From contig AP026129.1 of NCBI GenBank assembly GCA_030295235.1, positions 558,001-622,000 on the forward strand: a DNA stretch of 64,000 nt. Direction: 5' to 3'. A program made the translations under genes and the position numbers. This document shows, piece by piece, positions 13,101 to 25,350 of this stretch. A model generated the notes under the pieces. It was not told the DNA's origin, searched no databases, and was given only the letters and a program-made list of their open reading frames with translations. This DNA is from Fistulifera solaris. Taxonomy: Eukaryota. Position 1 is the stretch's first letter. Each line of letters starts with the position of its first letter.

Positions 13101-13551
13101 TGTCACGGAAATGCGGATAGCGGGCAGACTACTAGGGACTCAGCCAATATGGCCGCACGACCTAATGCGAATTCCGATCCCCAAATCGGAAGCATCCGAA
13201 TGTAACCTCTTGGGCGAGGCCCAAGGGTCTTTGCACGATTTGGGTTGATCGTGAAGGCGTGAAAGGTTTGCAAGCAACGCGATACAAGAATGTTAGAGCC
13301 ACATACGTGAGCTCAGAATTTCAAGATAAAACAAGACCTAGTCCGATGGCAGTGACATTCTCGGCGGAACCATCACCCAGTGAGATTCCACCTTGTTCAT
13401 TTGTCGGATTTGTAAAGGCTTCATAATATTGTTGTTTGGAAAACTTTGACTGTTTATCGTCTTAGCTCTACCAGATACTTCCTCTTCTGTTGTTGCGAAA
13501 CGTAGCGACTTGGTTGACAGAATTTCTGTTTCTGTCCGTCGATACGTGAGA
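13101..13551 (+). repeat. 5' LTR
   Basis: TGTCACGG...CGTGAGA; no difference from 19767-20217 found by eye. Confidence 0.97.
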
Positions 13552-13565
13552 GGTTACGAGCCCAG
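13552..13565 (+). promoter_or_regulatory. Primer-binding site, internal initiator-tRNA-Met (half-tRNA) type
   Basis: GGTTACGAGCCCAG directly after the LTR; matches the complement of the tRNA-iMet anticodon arm (GGTTATGAGCCCAG) at 13 of 14 positions. Confidence 0.8.
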
Positions 13566-13652
13566 ATTCACACTATCTGGTACAGTCTTTGCAGTTGTTT
13601 GATACACGTGCCCTACTTACTCCTCTTTTGTCGCTCTTTCGTTATTCGCGAT

Positions 13653-16600
13653 ATGTCTTCCGATAGCGAAACTGATGACAGGAAACCTCCTCCGGTGACC
13701 GCCGGTACTCGCCCTCGCAGTTTCACCAAGCTTAAAAGTCGAAAGGATGTTCAGGCCACTTTTTCCGAGCCCGTTCTCGCGCCAAAGTTCGGCCTTGTTC
13801 AAGGTTCTATCCCAGCTATTGGTGGTCCTCCGGATGCAAACTTTACTCGCGAGTGTTAACCTTGTGCCTGCGACGCCCCTACTGCTTCCCGAGATCCGAA
13901 TCCTTATCGCTGAGAAAAGTTTTAAGGATCGCATCGCCGGTCACGACCCCAAGTTCAGTCCTACTGCGAATGACTACCGCCTTGTTGAGCTCGCTGGATG
14001 AAGCGTTCAACCATTGTATTACGCATGGTCTCGATATCGCCGTTCTACATGAATGATCCTGCTGATCTCAGTCGTGTCATCGATCTCTTCGTGTACCATG
14101 GCAAGTTCACTTTCGACGGTCGCCAAGCATCTCAAGACATGATCAAGTCCGGTGTCTTTGATCAGTACATGATCAACTCGCTAAGCGATTCGGCTGCTTT
14201 TCTGCTCAACTCGTTGGAGCTCCTTCCAGCGCACGATTCGTACTTCCTTGAGTTCCGGCCATGCCAGCGCTTTGGCCCTTTGGTTTGGATGAAAATCACC
14301 GAAGAAGTTCTTCCCAACGCATTTCGGCCGTTGTCTCAGAGCTCGGAGAAGAGTTCACCAAGCGCACGTTGGTTGAAACTCCCGGTGAGAATGTTGCTGC
14401 TTGGGCGAATGCGCAGATGGAGACTTTGCAGGAGTTGGAAGCTAATGACCAGCTCCCTCAGCGACCACTTGATTATTTTGCAGCAGCAGCTGTGCAAATG
14501 TTCGGTCGGCGTTCGTGTTCACTGGCACACGGTTAGCATCTCTCTCCGACTTTGTGCGTCTCTCTGCCGGAAAGTCGAAGGAAGTTGCTGAAAGGATGAG
14601 CGGTTATACAAACTATCGCCGCATTCTCCATGAAGCTAAAGATTTCTACAGCACCCTTAAGGACGATTGGGGACCGGCTAAAGGAGTTGCTACTGATGTT
14701 AGTGCTAATACTGCGGCTATCAAGAGTCTCAAAGCCGAAGTTCAAGACCCTCAAGTCGAAATTCGAGTCGAACGGCACTAAAACTGCCTCCCTCGAAGAC
14801 CAAGGACAAGAAGGCGAACAAAGACAAGGCTGCTCCGAAGGCTGGCGGTGGTGATGGCGACAAGAAAAGCGGTGGTTCGACCGAAACTCGTTGGACTCGC
14901 ATCGCCGAAGGACGGGCGAGCCCACCACCATGACCAAGTACGGCAAGACTTTCTATTATTGGCGCCCAAGTGCAAGCGTTGGAACCAGACTCATGGAACC
15001 GACGAGCACAAGAGCAAAGAAGAGAAGCCCGCTGATGTTAAGCCCGCCGCTCCTGCCGCTAATGTTGCTCAAGCTTGGACGGCACCCTTGCAGTTCTGTT
15101 GGGGTTCCGACAGCGATTCGAATAGGAAATCGGCAGGGAAGGTGAACCTTCGATCGAGGTCCCTTCCTGAGCCTTTTGTCCATATTTATCGGTCGTTTAT
15201 TGTTGGAGCTTTTGCCGAAGCATTTTATTCTTTGCTGGTTGATTGTGGAGTGCTTTTCTTGGTGGCGTCATTTCCGTGTTGCTGCGACCATCTCGAAGTG
15301 GTTGCGTGCCCAAAGTGCCGCTTCTCATCGTCGCTCTCTTGGTCTTCGGCCGCGATTCACGCCTTTGCCCGAGCGTCTCATCTCTCTCCGTGTCGTTTCA
15401 TGGTGCTTTCTTCGATCATGACGAGCATGTGGCGAGTGACGCTACGCTTCGGCCAGCCCCCCGGTGTTGTTTATGGAGTCAACTTGGTGCCCGCCTGGCA
15501 TGGCTGCTACCAGTTTCATCCAAGTGATCGCAGCCGACGTTTGCGCCGACCTCCTGATCCTTCTTCATCTTCAAACGATTCGTCTTGTCAGCATGGTGAG
15601 GATGGTGTTTTTCGGGCGTCGCAAGCAAAATCGTTTTGTCGGAAACTGCGAGAGGAGCAAACGTCGTCGAAGACTTCGGGCGATTCCTCGTTGGGCCTTG
15701 GAGCTTCCGGATATGATTGACAGCAATGGCCATTTGTGTACCGAGTCTTTAGATTTATCGTGTCCGCCGAACGGGCATCCTAAGCCTTGGAACCTACTGG
15801 ACGACTCTCTTCTGTTTTGCTATCCCACTGGGCATTTCTTTCCAGAGGGAGCTGCTAGTGAAAGTGAGACGATGTTGCTTCGAGAGGGAGATAATAGTGT
15901 AGACAACTCTAAAGCCTACTTTGCACCGTGCGAAGCTGCCCCCGTCTATTTATGCCCTCCCTGCTTTGCATCAAGTGCATGTCGCTGGAAAGCCTACCAT
16001 GGCGGATCTGTTTCCGGTTATTTGGGATACTGGAGCCACAGTTGCTGTTACTTTCGACCGTGCTGACTTCACGTCCTACACTCCGACTACTGGCGATAAA
16101 GTTTTGTCTGGCTTTGCTGCAGGTTCTTCGATTGCCGGCACGGGCACTCTTGAGTGGACTGTTACTCTGTCCAACGGCAAGGGCTTTACTTTTCGGATCC
16201 CTGGGCTACATGTGCCCGATGCCAATGTCCGACTCTTCAGCCCACAGTCCTACTGTCAATTGGTGAAGGCGCAACGTAACGACGAACCGCGTTTTTCAGG
16301 CTTACTCGAGCCTCATTCATGTCGATCTGTTGGACGGCCACTTTCTTGATATTGTTTACTCTCCGGAAAACAACTTGCCTACTCTGGAGATGTTCCGAAA
16401 ACAATCTGTTGCTCTCAATGCTGCAAAGATTCGAAACTGTGTGACCGCTGGCTGAGAATCAAAACTTGAGTGAAGCACAGAAATTTCTTCTTCGCTTACA
16501 TTTCCGATTTGTTCACCGAAGCATGAAAAATATTCAAGCCTTGCTCAAAACCGGCGCTCTCGGAAATTCTGCTGAAGTCAAAGCGGCGGCGCGTTGTGAT

Positions 16601-19600
16601 ATTCCCAAGCGCTGCTTGCATGTATGGAAAAGGAAAGCGCAAGTCGACTGGAGCAAAATTGACCGTCGATCGCCAATCCAAAGTTCTCTCGAAGGATATT
16701 TTAATTCCGGGCCAGAAGGTTTCAATGGATCACTTCTCTGTTTCAACGAGGGGACGTCTCTACTCTGGTTTCGGGTGGTACCAAAGATGATGAGAAGTTC
16801 AAAGGCGGTGTGATTTTTGTCGATCATGCAAGTGGATTCGTGTACGTCGCTCACGTTTTGAATTTTACTGCTGGCGAGGGCTTTGGCGCCAAGTTGGAGT
16901 TCGAAAGTGCAATGGCTAATCACGGCATCACGGTGGTCCAATATCATACCGACAATGGCACGCTTACGGCGCAGGAGTTCACAAAGCAAATTGATACGAA
17001 CTACCAGTCGATGACTCTCAGTGGACCTGGTGCTCACCACCAAAATGCTGTTGCTGAGCGCGATCGGAAGTATTATATCTCTTGCACGCACCACGATGCT
17101 ACATGCTAAACTGCGTTGGCCGAAAGCGATTTCTTCGGATTTGTGGCCTCAGGCGATCGATTATGTCGTTCAAAATTTCAACTACGGACCCGGCGAAAAT
17201 AATTCATCTCCGGCTGATATGATCTTCAGAACAACGACCGATCGAAAAGTGTTTGCTGATATGCATGTATGGGGATCACCCGCGTATATTTTGAACCCTC
17301 AATTGCAAGATGGGCACAAGATTCCAAAATTTGAACCTCGCTCGAGACGCCGGGCGTTTTCTTGGGTTTGTCAAAGCGGCATGCATCGAATGTTCCTGTC
17401 GTTCTGAACCTAGAAACAAACCGGATTTCCGCGCAGTTCCATGTTGTTGTTGATGATTGGTTTGCCACTGTTTCAATGTCGCTAATGAGGATGATTCTGT
17501 CGATCCGGAGACTTGGGCCGACATCTTCGCATCATCTCGCTTTCAGGTATTTTTCGATGAGGATGATCCGATCGACTTGGATGATGAATGGTTGAGTCAA
17601 GATGAGTTGCATGTTCGAATTCAAGAGCGATCTCGCAAAATTCGAAGCGCCCAAGACACTGCTAGCCCTCCAGTTGATTTCGACAAAGTGCACCAGCGAT
17701 TACGAACCGATGCCGAGCCTACAACTGAAAAGAGTTCAAACGAGCCTACATTGCAGAGGGAGCCAGAACAAAAGACAGTTACTACTCCTGTTAAATTATC
17801 TGAGCCTATTTCAAAGCCGGTTGAGCCGATTCCTGCTCCAAAGGTTGCTGTGGATGCCAAGCCTCCATCAAGTTCGCCGCGGAAGAAGACACCAGCTGTT
17901 CCTGCCGAACCTCGCCGATCCACTCGCGAGAGACGTGCTCCAAAGAGATTCAATGAATTTATTACAAACGTTGCTTCGGTTGTTCTTGCGCCGATTCCTC
18001 GCGAAACTTTTCTCTTTTATTGCGTCGATTCATTCCGGCCTTGTTGCTTGTTGGGATTCGGAGATCGGCGAGTTTGATTTGCGCGACCCTGTTGCTTTCG
18101 CCGCTATGCAGCGTGCAAAGAAGCCAAAGAAAGGTTCCGATCCCGACTATCCAATGTATCATCAAGCAATGTCGTCTGCCGAATATCGAGAATGGCAAGA
18201 GGCGATGGTGAAAGAAATTCGAATGTTGGAGATGATGGGGACGTGGAAGAAAATTCCGCGAGCTTCAGTACCTGCGAATAAGCGCGTGATAAAATCCACT
18301 TGGGCGTTTTCGGCTTAAACGTTCACCGGATGGGACACCCACGAAGTACAAGGCGAGATTTTGCGTTCGTGGGCGACATGGAGATAAAAGGAGTAGACTA
18401 CTTCGAGTCCTACTCTCCTGTCGTACAGTGGTCCACAGTTCAGTTGCTGTTGATTATGTCCATCGTCCACGGAATGCATACCCGCCAAGTTGATTATGTC
18501 AATGCGTTCGCTCAAGCTCCTTTGCCACCTACTGAAGAGTGCTACATCGAGATGCCTCAAGGATTTCACGACGATGGCGAAGATACTGTTTTGATGCTCC
18601 AAAAGACGCTTTACGGCAAGTCCGACAGTCCTCTCCGATTCTTCAACTTGTTGAAGGACACTTTGGAGAAGCATGGTTTCAAACAGTTGGTCGACATCGA
18701 TGCTTGCCTGTTCGTGCACGAAAATTATTTGTTTGACTTATGTCGATGATTGCCTTTGGTTCAGTCTCGATGAAAAGTGCATGGATGACATGATTGACAC
18801 TATTGACAAGGTTTTAACTTTAACTGTGGAGTCGAAAGATGTTTCCAGCGTTCTTGGGAATTCAGTTTACCCGTCGTGGAGATACTATCGAGTTGACCCA
18901 GAAAGGTCTCATTAAACGCTGTCATCGAAGCCACCGACATGGCTGATTGTAATTCTTGCGACACGCCTGCTGAAAACAAGCCATTGGGAAAAGATTTGGC
19001 TGGTGCTGCGTTTGCCGAAGTCTTGGAATTATGCTTCGGTTGTCGGAATGTTGCTCTACTTGTCGTCAAACTCTCGACCGGATATTGCATTTGCTGTCCA
19101 CCAGTGCGCTCGTTTCACTCATTCGCCAAGGCAAAGTCATGCTAAAGCGATCAAGAGAATAGTGCGTTATTTAAAAGGAACAGCCGATCGTGGTTTGGTG
19201 ATGCGTCCGACGAAAGAGTTGAAAATTGATTGTTTTGTTGATGCCGACTTTGCCGGATTGTGGGGTGCTGAAGATCCTGAAGATCCGATAAGTGTGAAGT
19301 CGCGTACTGGTTATATTTTGACGCTCGGCAATTGCCCCCTACTTTGGGTATCGAAGCTACAGTCTGAAATCTCTCTAAGTACAATGGAGAGTGAATATGT
19401 CGCATTGAGTACCGCCATGCGCGATGTTTTGCCGATGCGAAGACTTGTTACTGCTGTTGCTAAGGCTATTACTGGAGAAGACCAAGTCGAGAGCATTGCC
19501 CATTCGGATGTATTTGAAGACAACAATGGAGCGCTCACTCTTGCTACGATTCCGCGGATGACCCCTCGCTCGAAGCACTACGGCACGAAGTATCATTTCT

Positions 19601-19738
19601 TCCGACAACATGTTCAAAGTGGTGAATTGAAAATCAACAAGATTGACACTAAAGAACAGCTTCGCGGATATCATGACGAAAGGATTGCCTAGGGAAACAT
19701 TTACCTATCTTCGGAGACAAGTTAATGGGTTGGGTTGA
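13653..19738 (+). CDS. gag-pol polyprotein of element 1 (many frameshifts as assembled)
   Basis: gag C-terminal YYW.PKCKRWNQTHGTDEH; protease VIWDTGAT (~16020); integrase H..H/CAAC, MDHF, FVDHASG, YHTDNG, HQNAVAER; RT STWAF, QVDYVNAF, YVDDCL; RNase H FVDADFAG, STMESEY, FEDNNGA. Confidence 0.92.
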
Positions 19739-19766
19739 AAGTGGTCCCTCTTCGTCTGAGAGGGAG

Positions 19767-20217
19767 TGTCACGGAAATGCGGATAGCGGGCAGACTACTA
19801 GGGACTCAGCCAATATGGCCGCACGACCTAATGCGAATTCCGATCCCCAAATCGGAAGCATCCGAATGTAACCTCTTGGGCGAGGCCCAAGGGTCTTTGC
19901 ACGATTTGGGTTGATCGTGAAGGCGTGAAAGGTTTGCAAGCAACGCGATACAAGAATGTTAGAGCCACATACGTGAGCTCAGAATTTCAAGATAAAACAA
20001 GACCTAGTCCGATGGCAGTGACATTCTCGGCGGAACCATCACCCAGTGAGATTCCACCTTGTTCATTTGTCGGATTTGTAAAGGCTTCATAATATTGTTG
20101 TTTGGAAAACTTTGACTGTTTATCGTCTTAGCTCTACCAGATACTTCCTCTTCTGTTGTTGCGAAACGTAGCGACTTGGTTGACAGAATTTCTGTTTCTG
20201 TCCGTCGATACGTGAGA
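19767..20217 (+). repeat. 3' LTR
   Basis: Direct repeat of 13101-13551, preceded by the PPT and followed by the TSD. Confidence 0.97.
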
Positions 20218-20700
20218 ATCGGTTGGGATCCCACGTTCCACGAATGAATGTCGCGATATACGCCTCCTGATATTTTCCAATATTGATGAACGCAGCCGCG
20301 AGCCCGGCCTGCTCGTATCTTTGAAATTCAATTTTAACAAGGGGAAAAGAATGGAGGTCAAGTCCATTGGGGGCACTTTTGTCTTTTGTTTGCCCTCGGC
20401 GATGATGATGGATGATGTTGAAATTTCTACCGCGGTCTGTAACTGCTCTCGGCTATCGGGGACTCCACACACCCCAGACGAAAGACTATTGAAACAACGA
20501 ACTTTTGCTCCAAACACTCGTTTACAGAATTATGACGATTTCCTACGATTACTTTCGCTTTCCTCTTTTTTTCACTGGTCTCCGATCTGATCTTGATCTG
20601 ATCATGATCCCGATCTTGCCAAGTCCATTTCTCCAATAACAACTTTAGGATAAAATAGCCCTTTCTGCCAATCCACCAGATTCTCCATTATTGCATGTTC

Positions 20701-23700
20701 CTTAGCAACTAGCAACAGTCATCGTCCATAATTGCATACTGGATTCTTCCGTGATCCCAAATCCCCAAACATATAGTTCAAACACTTCCGAGACTCCTTT
20801 CACGAGTAGAATGCTTTCCCAATAAACTAGGGCGGTCATTTCGAACCATTCCGACATCCGATGACGTGTCAACTCATGACTGAATAAATCTTTCAGTCCG
20901 ACACTCAACCTCGACCTCGCTCTTTGACATCCTCCCTGTCGGCTGCTAAGATTAACTGCGTCATGAGTCCTTCTCTAACAACAGGCACCAAAAGATCATG
21001 GATTTTCTCTGTCACATTCTTGGTTTCCAGATCTGCAATATTCCTTTCCGATCGAATAAACTTCACAACCAGCCTGGCTTCTTCCTTCTCCGTTGCAGCC
21101 ATCATCTCCCTTATAAAATGCATTCGAATATCAATGTGTTTCGTCCTATTCCCCACAACTTGGTTTTTCCATCAAGAAGATTGCGCCCGTGTTATCTTCA
21201 AACAAGGTAGCCGGTCGAATCTTCACCTTCGGAAACAATTCTTCGAATAACATCTGCAAAAACTTGATGTCCGTCGCACACGTAGATGCCGCATAATATT
21301 CGCCTCCGTACTTGACAGTGTCACCGCCGGTTGCAACTTGCTTGAAAAGCCACACAAACAACCTCCAATGGTAACAAAGTAGCCAGTAACACTTTTCCGC
21401 GTCTCCTTGTTCGTAGCAAAGTTTGAATCCACCCATGCGTAAACCTTCAAATTAACAGGCTCGCGCAACTTCAAATGAACGTCCGTACTCTCGAGATAGC
21501 CGACCAATCTCTTCATCGCTCTCCAATGTTCTTCACCTGGCGAATCCATAAACATTGCAAGCTCCCCTAACTGCATTTCCACATTCCGGAGCTACTTTCC
21601 GCACCAGCCACATGAGACGTCCGAGAAACTTCCGATACTGATCCTTATTAACTGGATCGCCTTCGTTCTTCACAAGCGATTCCCCTGGATAGCCCGGTGT
21701 CTTCTCAGCTTTCAACGGTCCAATCAGCTCCTTCCAATCCTTTACTATCTCGTCTTTGTACTCATCCATTCGCACTTCGTAGAACTCTCCTGCTTCATCC
21801 GATTTTCTCTCGTACCAAACTCCCAAGTGTTTCTGAATCGGGCCCATTTCGGTAATGTTGAAGCGCTTCTTGATCTCTCTCTTGAACCAATTGATTTCTT
21901 CTTGGGGACCGGCAAGGATACAATCATCGACATACACCACAATGATTAATACTGTCTCGCCGTTCACCACTTTAAACCAGACACACGGATCCGCAGCACT
22001 CTGAATAAGCCCCAGCTTCCTCAATTGGGCACAGTAGAGCATGAAGTACTCTCGTGGACTCTGGACCAAACCGTACATCGCCCTCTCCAATAGGATGATG
22101 TAGTCAATTAACTCTTCATGCGTGATGTACCCAAACTCATATAGCCCAAAGGGCCATTCAAGATACACCTCCTCTCTCAACTTCGCTTCTAGAAACGCAG
22201 CCTCAACGTCAATAACTTCAGTGACCCACATCTTCTTCCACATGTAAAGTACCACTGCCAAAACCATTCGAACCGACATGTCCGATGCAACAGGTGAATG
22301 CGAAAGAGTGAAGTCCACACCAGGGATTTGAACAAACCCCCGCGCACAAGTCCGAGCTTTGAAACGAATTCCCGTTGCCTCTTTCTTCTTTTGAAAATCC
22401 ACTTCGGCGTAACAGGCTTCCGTCCTCTCTCCTTCATCTGCTTTCTAGGAACCATCTTCCAAGCATCTCTTTTAATGAAATTTTCAATCTCCTTCTTCAT
22501 TGCCTCTTTCCACTTGTCTGCATCCCGGACCAACCAAGGCTTCCTTGTAAGTTTTCGGCGCACCAGGATCCGACGCCAACTCCGTATTCAAAACGTAGTG
22601 AAAATAACCTTCCGACACATCGATTGTATTGATCTCTCCTTTGGCGTTCATTGTTGGGTTATATGAAGTGTCCAGCCTTGCCATTTCTCTATTCAGTCTT
22701 TTCATCGTCGATTGCGTCTCTTTCCGTTGATTCGGTGCTGGAGTATTGTCCGCCGTAGCCTCGGGTACCAGAGCTTCCGTAGGACCTTCCACAGCCACTT
22801 CGACAACTTCCTCTGCCGCTTTCTCTTCCACAACTTTCCTCCCTGCTCCAGCATCGACATCTTCGAGCATCACCGGTTTGATTGCGACTTCCTCCCCAAT
22901 TTGGTCATCCTTTAAGTCGACTTCCATTCCAGCTGCAAACATCCTTAACTCTGATGCAACTGAAGCACTCGATCCATGCCAGTCTGCCCAAGTGACGTCA
23001 CGTGAGAGAATGACAATATTTTCATCCGGCTTGTAAACACGATACGTATCGCCCGCATGCGAATCCGCGTACCCAACCATCACGCATTTCACTGACTTCT
23101 TCTCCAACTTGGGCTGTTTGTTTCAGAAAGTCACATATCCGATCCGCCCCCACTGAACCAAGTGTTTCAGTATCTTAGGATGCTCGCCGTACCACGCATA
23201 ATCAGGGCTCGATTCCACATTCCGATTCGGGACAGCGTTATCCAACTTCGTTGCCGTGTGAACAGCCTCGGGCCATAACTTTCCTTGATGCTCATCCGAC
23301 AACTTCGCCGCCAACATCATCGCGAAGGGCCTTATCGCTGAATTGTCGTGAACTTCCTCTCAACAACACCGTTCATCTGCGGAGTATGCGGGGCAGTAAA
23401 CTCCATAGTTATGCCCCTCGCCTCACAGATCTCCTTGAATGTTCCGTTCTCGCCTGCATTATCACACCGAATGTACTTTACGATTACGTTCGGATCTCCT
23501 TTCAAGCGATCAAGAAATAGCGTCATGACTTTGCCAATCATCGACTTCTTTGTAACGAAGTAACTCCAAGCTTTGGCGCGTGTAATCATCCACCAATAAG
23601 ATCCAGTAGCAACTCTGTCCCAACGATTTCTTGTAGGGCCCACTCGTGTCCACGTGAGAATCGTTCTCCTTTCGCCGTTGCTTTGATAGCCGCCGACTTG

Positions 23701-25350
23701 CACACCGCCTTTGCTTTCGCCTTCGCATACGCCAAGACGCCCTCGCATGTCTCCTTGGTTCCAGTTAACTCGATTCCCAACTGTTTCATGAGACTCTTCA
23801 AAGGAATGTCGCTATGCGTGTCCGTACATATCGTGCGCAGCATTTATGTCCATCTTCACTTTGGTCTCCACCGCATGGACATCTGACTTAACAACGCTAG
23901 CCTTCAAGTAGTATAACCCATAGTGTGACTGAGGTACCGTCAACACACTCTTTCCGGAAGGGTCAGTGATCTTCATCGCACAACTGGTTATCTCAATCTT
24001 GCACCCTTGCTTCACTAAAGCCCCAGTACTGATGATATTCTTTGCGAACGCGAAGCCACCTTGACTTCACTCAACTTCATAGTACCACCCACAGTAGCGA
24101 GCATGAGTGTACCCTTCTTGTGTACTTGGACTTCCTTTCCGTCGCCGACGACCAAATACTCCTTCGGTCGAAATAACATCGCTGCAAAATCGTTTCATCC
24201 AAAACAACATGGCACGTCGCTCCACTGTCGAGAAGAAACCTTTCCTTGTCGTTGACTCTCGACGTTTCGACCGCACCAACTTGATGAACGACGCCACAGA
24301 ACTCTTCGCCGCCTTTGCCGACCTCATAGCACATGCCAACGAACATGTTCAGGTCCTTGTTCTCCGACTTCGGATCCTTGCCGTTCGACTTGTCCGGACA
24401 CTCGCGAGAGAAATGGCCTTCCTTGCCACAGTTGAAGCAGACTTTCTTCTTGTCGCTCTTGCACTCCGCTGCCTTGTGTTCCTTGTTTGCCGCAGTTGCG
24501 GCACTTTCCTTGAACTTCTTCTTAAAACCACCCTTGCCCTTTTCGACGCTTTTAATGCTAAATTTTTATTTTCTTTTTTGTCTTTTTTCTTTTTCTTCGT
24601 TTTCTTCATCGTTCTTGGGCTTGAAACAGCGCTTCCACTTGTTCCGGATCTCCTTCTCGAGGTCTTCAATCGAGGTCTCGTTGATCTTTCCGCTCAACTT
24701 CGCGGATCACATCCGAATACTCGTCAGGAAGGTTGGCCAAGTAGTGGGCTTTCAAAACTTAAACTTGGCTTCACATACTGCGATCCGATTGTCTTCAAAC
24801 GGTTCTGTAACCGATCGCACTCCAGGAAGAACTTGTCAGGGTCATCTTCCTTCGGACGCCAACTTGCACCGTCCGAACTCCCGCCAACACCTCCGCCAAA
24901 TCTTCCTCGCTGTTCCGGGCGCATTTAGCATCCAAAAGCTTGAATGCGTCTCGCATCACCATCCGCTCTCTTGACAAGACCCAAAGGAACGCCTTCGCGC
25001 AATCACCAACATATCGATGATCTCGAGATTGCTTCGATACAACTCCTTGTCCTTCGGCCGCCGTCGCCTCCCATCGCAACTTCCTTCGTGGGGATCTCGG
25101 CCTTCAGGTCATCGAACACACTTGTCCAACCTCTCTTCGTGATCAGCGACATCGTCTTGAACTTCCAGTCATCGTGACGACTTCTCAGCGACCTTGTCGT
25201 CCAACGGGTAGAAGGTCAAAGCCCTCATCTTCTCTCCCTCGTCGGTCATCTTGTCTTGTCTCAGAACTTTTTTTTCTCAACGCTTCATCACCACTTTGGT
25301 AGTTGAAACCAAACCAATTTCGCTTCTAGAATGCATCCTCCGCCTTGACA
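20701..25350 (-). mobile_element. Second Ty1/copia LTR retrotransposon of a different lineage; outer boundaries uncertain, LTR pair not found
   Basis: On the minus strand: PBS-like TGGTGATGAAGCG (25293-25281) after ...ACTACCA; PPT ACAGGGAGGA (20939-20930) followed by TGTCAA at 20929; complete internal domain set. Confidence 0.88.
20905..25249 (-). CDS. gag-pol polyprotein of element 2 (frameshifted)
   Basis: Zn knuckle CFNCGKEGHFSRECP (~24440-24395), protease FLLDSGATCHV, integrase HDMYGH, YIRCDNAGEN, PQMNGVVER, RT IDVEAAFL, MYGLVQS, YVDDCI, RNase H WVDSNFA, FEDNTGA, RTKHIDIR. The stop codon lies inside the 3' LTR. Confidence 0.92.

Larger units (their letters stand above)
13101..20217 (+). 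mobile_element. Complete Ty1/copia (CoDi-like) LTR retrotransposon, 7117 bp
   Basis: Two 451-bp LTRs, 5-bp TSD ATCGG (13096-13100 and 20218-20222), PBS 13552-13565, PPT GAGAGGGAG 19758-19766, and gag-PR-IN-RT-RH domain order. Confidence 0.97.

Noticed and set aside
13653..19738. Element 1 as an old, decayed retrotransposon
   Set aside because: Identical LTRs and a perfect TSD conflict with the many internal frameshifts, which are more likely polishing failures in a repeat.
12869..20929. Element 1 nested inside the 3' LTR of element 2
   Set aside because: The expected LTR end (TGGTAGTTGAAACC on the plus strand) was not found to the left of 13096.
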